A stretch of DNA of 61,784 nucleotides, filler included, from Globobulimina sp. (lineage: Eukaryota): assembly GCA_003354225.1 (NCBI GenBank). It is 17 parts of 17 records of this genome, joined end to end, with 100 filler letters (N's around TTAATTAATTAA, not from the genome) between each part and the next. Parts side by side here need not be neighbours in the genome. Positions count along the whole stretch, not along the records: positions 21,855 to 25,395 come from PIVH01002549.1; positions 25,496 to 29,035 come from PIVH01002550.1; positions 29,136 to 32,675 come from PIVH01002551.1; positions 32,776 to 36,315 come from PIVH01002552.1; 13 more parts are not named here. The stretch is one strand, 5' to 3'. The notes beneath the pieces were generated by a model. It was not told where the DNA came from and did no database searches. It saw only the letters and a program-made list of their open reading frames with translations. A program made the translations under genes and the position numbers. This document shows, in pieces, positions 21,893 to 34,149 of this stretch; the first letter of the stretch is position 1; each line of letters starts with the position of its first letter.

Positions 21893-24800
21893 TTACCACA
21901 TAAATAAAACATTAAAAGCCTTGGAAAATGCAAAAGTACCGCAACAATTCTTCACCATTGGCACAAACATTGAGTACAAATATAAAAACAAACAATGGAC
22001 AAACGGCGAAATTATAAATATTGCAGACATTGCCGACTTGGTTATGGGCGCATTATGAAAGCAGACATTGTCAAACTCTGCGATATCTGGACATATTTCA
22101 TAATAGTAACTGTCTAATAAATTATAATAAGTATAAAACCGGATGACAGCGAGAATAATCCAATTGATTGAGATGATAAATCCAATCCAATTGCTGTAAT
22201 ATTGGAAGTAGCCAAATCTGCGGATGGTTAATTCCGATATTTCATATAAGACAAAGCCAGCATTGAATATCCAAACAACCCATTCATACAAAGCCGGCTC
22301 TTTATAGGGATACAATAACTGGACAGTCACGAAAGAGACCAATATGACATGGCAAATATAAGTGGTGCACTGCAAAGTAAATGCACCGATTGGCGAATAA
22401 TAAAACAATGCGCTTTGATAGAAACACAACTGCAAAATATCCAAACTGTCTGCTTCCCGATTCCGAAATGGTTTGCTTGGATCCAAGTATTGATATTGCA
22501 TCCACATATTCATAAAGATTGGCTGCAATCTGTGAAATTCTAAAAAAACCTCCAACTTAAATCGGATCACAATGTCCAGAATGGATAAGCCATCGATGTT
22601 GGATGGGATTTCAATTAAAATCGCCAATAAATGGTCCGACTCAATCTGCGACAATAAATGCGTGCCGATATTAATATATTTATTGCTAATCTCATTGAAC
22701 TTATCTGCCCGCGAACTGTCGCTGTTTGCATTGGACTGCATGAAGGCGGCGAGGAATAACGCAGTGGCAATGGGATAGGTTGAGGCGGCAATGATTTTCA
22801 AACAAACATTGTCCAGCGGCTCCACATGAAACCGGACCAAAGCGTCGCGGGTCGCTTTCAATAAGTTTATAGCCAAAGAAGTCGGCAATTCTGTGGCTAG
22901 GAATTCTAAAATGTGCCATAATGGCTGGCGGTCTTTGGTGGATAATTGGTCCACACAAAAATACCACAATGGGCGACCAAATGTAGTCACATCAATATAA
23001 CGCAATAACTCTGGCAACTCATTGTCATTAATTTCATCATCAAATTGCTGTATGCTGCGTTGCAGAGATAATTGCAGTGCATTTATGCTGTTTGGAGTGG
23101 GTAATAATTGCACTCTGCTCTCTGCCTCGCGATATAAATTAAGTAATGCCAATCTGCGCTCTCTCCGCAGCCCCGCATCTGTGGTGCCTACGTATGCTAA
23201 GCGCGAATGTGAATGACTGGCCATGGTTTGGTTGTTATTGCCATTAAGTTGCGGTTTATGTGGCTTCTTATCTTCACTCCTTTTGGCATTGCGTGACAAT
23301 GCGCTGTCAACCACTAACAAATCATCCTTCAATGCGAATAAATGAATGTATCGATCTGCGTCGCTCAAATCGCAGGGAATTGCCCCATATCTTTCCTTAA
23401 ACTCATATTCAAAGGAAAACTGTCGAATGGCTTCTTTATATTTCCTCAATGTCTCACAATATAAGTCGTGAAATAAAAAAGTTTTTTTAAACTTATCATT
23501 GCCATTCGTACTCTCGCCGGCTATGTATTTTTTTAATTTGAGTGAATTTAATTTGTTGGCATCTTTTAGTTTGATTTCAGTTTGACAGCCTTCACAAATT
23601 ATAATCTGTCCTTTTTTTACATATTCATCCATCAATTCATTATATGTCATTTCATCCACTTGTTTAAACACAAACGCTTCCGTCCATTTTCGTAATTTAT
23701 TGCATTCCATCGATTTCTTTTGTTCTTTACGCGATTCTTTGCGATGTACTGTCGGTGTCAGATGCCGTGTTGATGCAATATTGAGTTTTGCAGACTTTCT
23801 GAACGTTTCCTTTATAATCGCACTATTATTTGAGCCATACCTCTTTATTTCATACTCATTGTCCAATATGTCGTCCTCATCAATGTCACCAATCGATGGC
23901 GAGATCAGTGAGGACCGAACAATGTTAATCTGATCCTTTGAGACGTCCGACAGTCTGTGTTTAAACACTGTGCTTCGGTCATAAAAATGCGCTCCATTTT
24001 TGCCAAATATTTTGCTTGTTCGTTTTTGTGGAATGGGGAGTAATACCAACGACGGCCCAGATCTTTGCTTTTCGAATATCAGTTTGTTAGCACCTGTTCA
24101 GTATTAAAAAGAAAGTAGACATTGTAATAAGTTGTTTGCAGTTGTTTTAACTTTTCGTTTTTGAACGTTTCGAATTTCTTTTTTGTTTCAACACTGCTCT
24201 GTTATTTTGCAGTGGCAATGACTTTGTTTGCTGAATCACACCGTCCTCATTATTGAGACGCAGTGGTTTCTCTTCAAACTTATTATTAATATTTCCATCT
24301 CGTAGCTCCTCCGCGTGTTCACTGCTTAGCGCCGAAATAGAATTTTCTTCCTCTAACTCATTGATTTCATAATTATTGAGACGATCCGTCGGGCCATGCA
24401 CAACAACCCCAGCCATTTGCGACGATTTCTGGCGTTTTTTGTGTTTTTTGTGCTTTTTTAATTTGTGTTTCCGTTCGGATTTGTTTGTCATAAATCGTGG
24501 CTGATACAATTGGAATGAAATCGGTACAAATATCATGGGATAATCTGCGATTAATTTGCGCATTTTCAATATTTTTATGCCAATTTGTAGCATGATTTCC
24601 ATTGCAGCATTTTCATGTTTTTCGGTGAATGAGTCCGTAAAATCGGTAGCCAATTTTTCATCGAGTCCACCAATGTCGGTGATGGCGTCCTGTACGGAAC
24701 GACCACCCAAATATGCAATGGCAGAGTCAAGGTCATGTACAGCATCACCTTCCTCTGCCAAATAGATTAACATTCGGATGATTTTATCCATCATACATCC

Positions 24801-25238
24801 AAACTCTGGCTCCTCCAGTTCTTGCTCCATTATTTGTTTCTGTTTGATGCGTAAAGTGTTTGTGTGTTTAATTTGTGCGAGGATTAAGGACATGATATGA
24901 TATATGTGAGTGATTAACCAGTGTTTGGGCGTATTGTTTCTGTGTTGAAGAGATTGAATATGGAATATGATCTTCGTCCTCATCCATTGAATCTGTGCTT
25001 GATGACAAATCTGTGGAATCGTCAGAGTCATCGACAAGTATTCTCAGTTTTGGCTTTGTATCATACAAATTATTGCTTTCTTCCTCTTCATTGTCGACTA
25101 ACTCGACTTGGGAATATATGGAGCCTGCATTGCTGTGTACTGTTCAAGTTTGAGACTTTAAAAGTAGAAGAATTGTATAATGTGTTGGTTGATGGATAAC
25201 AAACGTTGTTGATGTTGCTTTTTACCTCTTCTCATGAC
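21893..25238 (-). CDS. TRP-like cation channel (TRPM/TRPC-like pre-S1 region and S1-S4); introns 24840-24918 and 24094-24151
   Basis: PIATALFLA.., LSILDIVI..FL..LQPIF..W, FYYSPIGAF, EWVVWIF...E and YF..YSNW resemble TRP linker/pre-S1/S1-S4. Two GT-AG introns join three ORFs in frame. The 5' start and the 3' (pore) end are uncertain. Confidence 0.65.
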
Positions 25239-25619
25239 TAGTATGTTGATGAATTATTTAAAAAGATTTTTCTATACGTTTTACTCAATTATACTTTTTA
25301 TACAGAAATGGTTTGCTTATATCTTTGTCGTGGGTACATAATCGCAATAGATGCAAACTTTATTTAGATAAAGTAATTTTAAGGCTTTTACTTTGNNNNN
25401 NNNNNNNNNNNNNNNNNNNNNNNNNNNNNNNNNNNNNNNTTAATTAATTAANNNNNNNNNNNNNNNNNNNNNNNNNNNNNNNNNNNNNNNNNNNNCAAAT
25501 TAAAGTACGGTTTGTTTTTTTATGAATTTAATTTGCTCGTTGAGTTATTAAATGGTATTTATTTTATATTTTCTACACATGAGACATTGTCGTCCGAATT
25601 GAATTAATTGGTTGTAAAT

Positions 25620-27425
25620 TGAGAATGTATATCAGATTAAAAAACACGTACAGCATTACTCAAAATATGGCAATCCTCTCAAACTATGCAATTCGCCAAT
25701 AACGGGAATTATTGTTATTGATGAAGTAAAACGGCAATTTGGCCACGCTGCGACAGACCGGCAAAATGCATACCTGTCCGAGCAAGAAATTGAAAATCTG
25801 GCAAATCATGATTTGATTTTAAAATTAAGGTCTTTAATTTCTATTTTTTGTCGATTAAATCTGTGAAATATGTTTTTGATTGCTTGTATTTTAATATTTA
25901 AGTAAGCAATTTATAAAATTGGGCATATTTGAGAATAAAATGGAATGTCTCAATCGATTGTTATATATTTCAAATTTGGTCAAAACACAGTTTGAAACTG
26001 TTTACGACGAACCAAAATTAGAAAGTACTGCAGCAAATCGACAAATTGTCAGACAGCGAAACTCTGCGCCTTTGATTGATTATGAATTGAAAATAAATAA
26101 TTGGGAAATAAAAGAGAAACTAAATAAAGTGATAAGTGACAATGGGATCCGTGGCAAGAATGTCATGCGAAAATGTATGATTTATGCGATTGAGGAGATA
26201 TTAAACCTATACCCTCAGTGTGTGTATATTGGCGAGGATGTGAGCCATGGCGGATATTATTTGGTTACCGATGGATTATCGGCAAAATACCCGTTACGAA
26301 TTCGCGATTTCCCGCCAGATGAAACTGCATTGTTTGGCATTGGCATTGGATATTCGCAGTGCGGCTTGCTTCCCATTGTTGAGATGCCATACGCAAAATA
26401 CTTAGGTTATGTACACTCTGTTTGATGGACATAGCTATGAAATAACTGCATCGCAACACCAACCATACTTAGATTGTGGCGCGGATATGTTTTTTGAAGC
26501 AATTGTGATGAATTGGCTATCAAATGGACAACAATCCAATGGCGTTTTGTTCCGATTGCAAGGCTTTGGAAACGGTTTATTTGGCGGCAACTTCCATACT
26601 CATAATTGTCTATATATAGCACCGGGATTAGATGTGGTTTGCTACAGTAACGGCTATGATTATATTAATGGATGGCGATACAATATACAACAGGCCGCGA
26701 ATGGACGGTGTGTTATGAGTGTCGATTGCACGCAGCAACTAAATAATAGACATATATATGGCGAACAGGTCAAAGATGGCTTATTATTAAATAATATACC
26801 ACACTACAATGAATATCTCACCTTTAATGATATTGTGATATATAATAATAATGCAAATAAGTTTATTTTATTCGATTCTGATGCAAAGGAAAGTTGTCAA
26901 GGAAGAATGGTGGATAATAAAGATAGCGACGATAGCACGTATTTTGATGTTAATAAGTTAACAAATTTGGAGAATATTTTTGTTAATAAAGAAAGTAAAC
27001 AAAATGGAGTTAATATGGTAATTATTACGTATGGTTTAGGTGTCAATGCATCGCGCCAAGCTCAAAGAGAGTTGTTATCGGACAGTGGTAATGAGGATAT
27101 TTGTGACATTTTGGTGGTTGATGTTCCGTATTTGAGTGATATACCGAATCAATTGAAAACATTATTTCGTAATGATATTAAAAAAGGAAATAAAAAAGAA
27201 ATTGATTGCATTATATTTAGTGATATGTGCAAAGAGGGACAAAACCCGTTAAATGGTATGATATCAAAATTGCAACAAAATAATATGTTGCAAAGTTATT
27301 CATGGCTATCATGTGCGGCACAGTTTACGTACAATCCATTGGGTAAAGATTTAACTTTTCTATCGAAAGATGATATTATTCAAACTGCAAATAAATTGAT
27401 ACAAAATTATAAAGAATACAATTAA
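25620..27425 (+). CDS. 2-oxoacid dehydrogenase E1, fused alpha/beta type, 5'-partial; introns 25830-25902 and 26406-26472
   Basis: Alpha-subunit RQFGHAATDRQNAY, followed in the spliced frame by beta-subunit YIGEDV.HGGYY, PPDE, PIVEMPYAKYL|DCG and GGNFH. Confidence 0.85.
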
Positions 27426-27577
27426 TCATAATTTATCAAATATGTTTTTGTTTGTTTCTTTTTTTCAATTCCATTATTTTTTTTGTTGTTTGCTAACGAT
27501 ATAAAAACACTAAAAATAAATTTACGTTCCCATTACTTCACGGCTTAAACTTTGAAAACTTAATTATTTGCAACTGC

Positions 27578-28585
27578 ATGACTGACGTGCTGATGGCAGA
27601 CAACTTGCAACAACACATACCAATTCGAGAAAAAACACTAATAAATGGCTATATTCGAGCAATCGAGAAACAAAAACTGAAAAAAATTATTCCGTTCTGG
27701 ATCAATATGATTTGTCTCGATTATTACCACTCAATCAAATTATTATATCATTTCTCGCACGGTCTTTATTCATGCTTTAATTTTGTTGATTTGGACTTAA
27801 ATATACCATACATTTATAATATTGCCACATTGAATAAACATGGAATGCGCCAACACGAAATACGATGTTCCGGTATCGTACGGAATGCAGCCATGTATTT
27901 GCAAAAAGATTTTAAAATTCCGCAACAAATCAATAATATAAAAATAAAAAGTATGATTATGACCAATGGTAATTTTAATTTTTCAAACTCTCATCAATAT
28001 GATGTAATATTTAAATGTGGCGGATCTGTGAATGATTTCAATGCAAGTAACTATTGTTCCGCATTTATAATGTCTCCAATAACACTTTTAGAAACCCAAC
28101 AAACTTCATTTAATTGGGAATTACCATCATATCCACAGCCAATTGAATGTCACAGTATTGTATATGCAGAGAAATATGGTTTGCTATCAGTCGGTGGGTA
28201 TACGTCTGGCAAAGAGCGATTATTTTATCGTTTGGATTTTGAGAATTTCGGGAAAGAAAATGATTGGAAATGGGATGAAATGCCCTCTACAAAAGATAAA
28301 CGATCGTGGACCTCACTTGTGTGCATTGATGCGAATAGGTTTGTGGCTGTGGGTGGGTATGATGTAAATGTTGGTGCTCTTAATAGTGTTGAAATATTTA
28401 ATTTTAATGAAAATGAATGGGAATTGGGATATATTAAAAATATTAAACATAAGAGATATCGGCAAGGTATATTGTACGATGTATCGAGGATTTCACTGTG
28501 GTGGGTGTGGGTGGTGGTGGTGGGTGGTAGCGGTGGGGGGGTTGTGGGTGATATGTTGTGGCTGGGCAGTTGCCCGTTGACATGA
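27578..28585 (+). CDS. Kelch-like propeller protein with an N-terminal GYIR..IP..I..IC motif; 3' end probably disrupted after ~28480
   Basis: LLSVGGY, VAVGGYD..LNSVEIF..W. The sequence switches abruptly to GT-rich low complexity after 28480. Confidence 0.7.
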   Translation: MTDVLMADNLQQHIPIREKTLINGYIRAIEKQKLKKIIPFWINMICLDYYHSIKLLYHFSHGLYSCFNFVDLDLNIPYIYNIATLNKHGMRQHEIRCSGIVRNAAMYLQKDFKIPQQINNIKIKSMIMTNGNFNFSNSHQYDVIFKCGGSVNDFNASNYCSAFIMSPITLLETQQTSFNWELPSYPQPIECHSIVYAEKYGLLSVGGYTSGKERLFYRLDFENFGKENDWKWDEMPSTKDKRSWTSLVCIDANRFVAVGGYDVNVGALNSVEIFNFNENEWELGYIKNIKHKRYRQGILYDVSRISLWWVWVVVVGGSGGGVVGDMLWLGSCPLT

Positions 28586-29258
28586 TGTGACTGACTATTT
28601 TGGGTGAATATGGCTAGCTCGTTTTTTTTTTAGTTTCTGACATTTGACAATAAATGACCGGTTACATGACTTTCTTTGTTTTGCGTTTTTACAAAAATAT
28701 TTATTTAAGTAAAAAACTTCATCTTCTCTCTCTTCTTCACTTCTACATTTACATTGATTGGATAATTTGGATTAGTCACTATATACATTTGGAAATTGGA
28801 AAAATTAAATTAAATTAAATTAAATTATAATTAAAAATAATTGGAATTGGCCATGCAAAAAAATGGATTAAAAAATGGATTAAACGTTATCGGCATACTG
28901 GTCGCAACTAGATAAGAAGTTGGGGTCATGCCTTTTCTTTTCTTTACAACTCAGTGCCTGACCGGTTTAGTAATTCGGCTGAGGCTTCCTCGATAACGTT
29001 TATTTCATTTTATTTATTAAAACATATTATTTTATNNNNNNNNNNNNNNNNNNNNNNNNNNNNNNNNNNNNNNNNNNNNTTAATTAATTAANNNNNNNNN
29101 NNNNNNNNNNNNNNNNNNNNNNNNNNNNNNNNNNNGGGTACAATTTTAATTACGTAACACGTCAGTTACCTCTGTCAATAAAAGAGAAAATTGAAGGTCC
29201 GCGCATTTGGAAAATTAACTCCACAAAGAACATCATATAATATACAATAGAGTCATTT

Positions 29259-30143
29259 TTAATAGTTATTATTGCCATTTTGACAGTTATTATTATCATT
29301 ATTTCCATAATCAATTTGATTATATCCTCGATTATAACCTCCTCTCTCTCTCCCTCTCCCCCATCCTCCTCTATTCTGCTGATTTTGAGGGCAATCTCTC
29401 TTTATATGCGATGTATCCCCACAGATAAAACAAGCTCTATTATTATTATTATTATAATTTGTATATCCAATGCCTCGGCCTCTACCCCTACCCCTTCCCC
29501 CTCCTCCTCCTCCTCTTCTATTATAGCCATTGCTCCTTTGTTCTGATTGCACTTTGTTAGAAATAGAGGGCCTATCCCCATCAATACCGGGTCCGCCCGG
29601 TTTGTTAATCACCAGATAAGCTCGTCTGTCTTTAAAGTTCTGTGCATGCCATGGATTCCAGGGATTTTCTTTAAATCTCATATGGAATAATTTCGGATAT
29701 TCATTTGCTTCTAACTCTTGTTTATGTTCTTGTTTATTATCAATGTGGAGCTGATTAAATTGGTCATTCATTTCATTTCGCTTTGTCGAATGGACATTGC
29801 TTTGGATGGGATATCTCTGCATTGTTCTTTGTGTGTGTTGGTTGTTGGTATTTGGCGCTGTTTCCTCATCTGTTGATTCCTCTGAATATGTTACATCATC
29901 ATAGACACTGCGAACAATGGTTCGTTGCGGTTTAATTGCGGAGTCCTTCTGCTTTGATGATGGACGATTTGAATAATTATTATTATTATTAATATGTTTT
30001 GTGTTTATTTGTTGGGATTGGTTCAAACCATTCAATTTGTTTGATGTATTAGTTGCGTTCACGTTGTGCACATTGTTATTGTTATGGTAATTATTGTTTG
30101 ATTGTTCATCTTCTGATGAATCGGAATAATCAATGTCAACCAT
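29259..30143 (-). CDS. CCHC zinc-knuckle / RGG-box RNA-binding protein
   Basis: CFICGDTSHIKRDC flanked by RG/RGG repeats and Asn-rich low complexity. Confidence 0.85.
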   Translation of the reverse strand: MVDIDYSDSSEDEQSNNNYHNNNNVHNVNATNTSNKLNGLNQSQQINTKHINNNNNYSNRPSSKQKDSAIKPQRTIVRSVYDDVTYSEESTDEETAPNTNNQHTQRTMQRYPIQSNVHSTKRNEMNDQFNQLHIDNKQEHKQELEANEYPKLFHMRFKENPWNPWHAQNFKDRRAYLVINKPGGPGIDGDRPSISNKVQSEQRSNGYNRRGGGGGGRGRGRGRGIGYTNYNNNNNRACFICGDTSHIKRDCPQNQQNRGGWGRGRERGGYNRGYNQIDYGNNDNNNCQNGNNNY

Positions 30144-30388
30144 TTTGAGAATAACTTTTGTGTTTAATTTTGTACAAAAGCGTTGTTTAATTAATTAGTT
30201 GTTGATGATAGAACTTATAAATATTTATTTGTTTGATGTTGTTTAAAAACTCGCAGTTAAACTCACTATCATCTTAACACACTCATTATTTCCCAGTAAA
30301 TAATCTCTGTTTACTTCCCACAAAAAAAAAGAAAATTTAAAACTAAATCCAATCAGATTATTAATTGTGCATCATTTTCATTCACAAA

Positions 30389-32675
30389 ATGGCGAATCCA
30401 AATGTCTGGAGTACTAATTGGAACAATCAGACTGAGAATTCAATCAACGATCAAAACCATACCATGTCAACCAATTATCGATCCATGAGAACGCCCGGCA
30501 ATCGATATTCACGCTATGCTGCAACTAACAACATCAACAACAACAACCAAGACTCGCCATCCACATCCAACGACAACACCGGCAATCCCTATCCAAACCT
30601 GTTACAACGGGGCAAATTAAGTCCAAGCCCTCATGATCCAAACCCAAACCATCCAGAACCACTCGAAAACAATGGATATGCGCACAACACATACAATCAA
30701 GGACTCTCATTCAACACTTTACTACAAAGTCCTAAGCATTATGATAATGAAAAGTATACACTACTTTCTATCCGCTCATTACATACACTTTCAATCTCAA
30801 AAAAAAAAAAAAATACATACATTTTTTCCATATTTTTAACGCTTTTTACATAAATAAAGGGTCTATCATCGTGATCAGTTATTAGATAAATACAATCCGC
30901 CCCCCAACCCTCACCCAAACCTATCCAACATCCAATTGCAATCTCCCTCCAATAACGCGCCATTCATTCAGCCCGAACCTCGTCCGCCGCTCACCCACGA
31001 TTTGCGCGACCAGTTCGAAGACGACTCTCTTATTCGCAACAAGCGATTTCCACAAAATGCTGGCAATAATAGTCCGGGTAAGTGACATAAAACATGGGAT
31101 CATAATTCTTTATAACTGTGTTCTTCCTTCCTCACCAAAACAAAAAAATTTGTAAACAAACACGTGTCAACGCAAAATCGCAACTAACCGCCACAATGCA
31201 CACACACACAAACACAGCGTCCGGCAGACCCAACCATGGCTTATCGAGCGGGAAATGGAGGTCGCGTCGCGCAGAGAAATTGAAGCAAAACCCACATCAG
31301 AAACATTCGTATAGCAGCAACCCACACAATAAACAGAACACGGACGGACACCTCGCGTCCACCGAGCTGTCCAACCCGTCCCTGGGCACTCCGACCTCCA
31401 TCGTGTCGCCCACCACGTACAAAGACAGTCGGTTTACGCGCTTCACGCAGGAACAGCAATTGATGAACCATGCCAGCAACGGCAGCAACAACAACACCCA
31501 AACTCAAGCACAGAGTCTGCAGAGTCTACAGACGTCGCAAACGCATGCAACTGGCAATGGCAACGTCAACGTCAACGCAGAGAATGAGAACCTAACTACC
31601 AACACAAATCATGCCTATCAAGCAGCGCTGTTGCCCCATTTGCAAGGCAGTGGCCAAGAGCAAGATTGGTATTACAAAGACCCATCGGGACAGGAACAAG
31701 GACCCTTTGACAAGTCACAAATGCGTCAATGGTTTGGCGACGGCTATTTCCCCCAGGATTTGCCCATCCGCTTCAACGACAACACGCCGTTTATTCAGCT
31801 AAAGGACTGGTTCAGACAAGGCATGACTGCGTTCCTCGAGGTTATACCGCAGCAATGGCCGCAGACCAATGAGGTGGTGGTCATACGGAAGAAGGACGAG
31901 AGTGACAGGGACAGTGAGCTACAGATAGCGGCACCGGCTGCAGTACCACATGAATTGACGCCGTCACTGCAGATCCAGCTCCAGCTCCAGACACAGCCAC
32001 AGCCACAGTCTCAGACCGCAGTGGCAGAGGCTATCCCGGCGGGGATCTACAGTCAATATCGGCCGAATACGCCGCCGTCATCGGACAATGAGGAGGAGGA
32101 CAATGCGGGGAAGTCGAATAAATCGCTGCATTCGTTTTACGATCCAAACCGGACACGAATGGCGAGCATACATCCCCGGCCCAGCCTGAGTAGCGGCGAT
32201 AATATGGACAATGCGAAGCGAGCAGGGCCCGCCGGCACTGACGACGCTATTAATTACTATCTAGATGGCGATAATAAGAGCACTGACTATGATTACAATG
32301 AAGAGGACGATGACACACTGCCCATGAACCAAATTGATACTGGCGGGCTGCCACAGGGACAGCGCAGCATTCATATGGATACGAATGCGCATATTGAGAA
32401 TAATCAACATATAGGACCATACATTGAAGCACAAGCACATGTGATGCAACATTACGATCACAACCACAGTCACCAGCGCAATAATAAAATATTGACCAAT
32501 GTGGCGTATGACCGGTCTTTGGCCGCCACGCCGCCCCAAATAGTACAGCCATATCATTACGATATGCGGCACAATGACCATGCCCAGATTATGCAGACGC
32601 GGCCACAGCAAAACCCAAACGCAAATCATCTAAATATCAACCAAAATGGCATGGTGTTGGGAGAGGTGGATGAGG
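30389..32675 (+). CDS. GYF-domain protein (GIGYF/EXA1-like), 3'-partial; introns 30754-30859 and 31078-31217
   Basis: WYYKDPSGQEQGPFDKSQMRQWFGDGYF. The inferred exon 2 carries YHRDQLL (YxxxxLL, 30864-30884). Confidence 0.85.
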
Positions 32676-32775
32676 NNNNNNNNNNNNNNNNNNNNNNNNN
32701 NNNNNNNNNNNNNNNNNNNTTAATTAATTAANNNNNNNNNNNNNNNNNNNNNNNNNNNNNNNNNNNNNNNNNNNN

Positions 32776-33787
32776 AATCAGATTAAAATAATCGGGGAAA
32801 AAGAATCTAGATTCGCCACATTTTATCATCCATTTATTTAAATTGCTTACGCCTTGATCTAACGCAATAATTTGGATGATATCTTCATCGTATTTAACAC
32901 TTAAATCATAAACAAAATCTTCTCCTTTAACTTGCAAATCGACGAAGCTCTAAATAGTATCAATGCAAAAATATATAAATTAAGTACATATATATTAACT
33001 TAACCGGAACCAAATAACATGAATCTGTTAATTTTGACTTGCTCTCAACCACTTGATCCGATTGTATATCCTCTAAAATTCCTTTGCCTACGTTTTTAAT
33101 TAATTCTATGATAGGTGTCGGATCCATGACATTTCTCTCTAAAACACAACATAAATGTTTGGTTAATGTGCTGCCATCATAGTCAATTTGCGAAGTGGCA
33201 CCACGTGTGCATCCATGTAATATAATCTCGTTTTGCTTCCATTTCAAATCCAATTCTTTTGGGTGATAATCGCAATGTGGTTGCACATAATATTCCGTCC
33301 GGCACATATCTGCGATAAATAGCTTTGGATGTGCTGCTGCTTTGAATCCCACAACATTCGGATCTCTAAATTGGTCTGCAATATATTCTGTTGCCAAAAC
33401 ATTGTCATCTGATAATATGACATGTGAATATCCTGTCGGGGATGTGGCACCGTGCGACGATACGAAAATAATCAAACCATCCTTTGATTTATTTTGTTTG
33501 TATTCCTTCGTTGCCGTGGAAATCATATGAATCGCGCCATGATAGTTTAATGGTTTGTTTGGGTCATTAGCCATATCAATATTGTACCCATATTTTGCCA
33601 TACAGCGCTGAAATAAATCTAAATCTATGTATATATTGTTTAACGAGTTTTTTTTATCTTTATATTCACCAATCACAATAGTAATTATAAATGGATTTTG
33701 TATTATATTTCTTAAATATGTTATTTTATTGAATGTGCAATTGTTTAATAAATGAGAATTACTGCATTTGGGACATGCAATACTCAT
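32776..33787 (-). CDS. Caspase-like peptidase (C14 fold), 3'-partial; intron 32950-33004
   Basis: GLIIFVSSHG (catalytic His) and PKLFIADMCR (catalytic Cys); p10-like GSTLTKHL. N-terminal CxxC. Confidence 0.8.
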
Positions 33788-34149
33788 ATTTTAATTAGTT
33801 GTTTGTTTGGTTGTCTGGCGGGGATCGCGGGAAGTAAGTGTTGCTCAGTTAGAAAATGTTAAGAATCTTAATGCATTTGAATACTAATTATGAATGGGAC
33901 TGGTCTCCACTTTAATATTAATATTGACCTTCAATTTATACATGGCACATAGCATTAATTCGGAATGTGGTGTTAGACCAATTAACAATCGACAAACACG
34001 ATATGCATGCAAATATCTAACAAACGACTATGTGTATATCGATAAAAACACTTTACAATTGTCTGATTTTGTTGATGGACAAGGTTTAAAGTACCATAAT
34101 TACAATAATACACATTTATACATCGTTTTGGTTTAATTTATAATCAGTA

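Noticed and set aside
28497-28560. Telomere-like G-rich tract
   Set aside because: Irregular GT-rich low complexity with no fixed unit, and internal to the contig.
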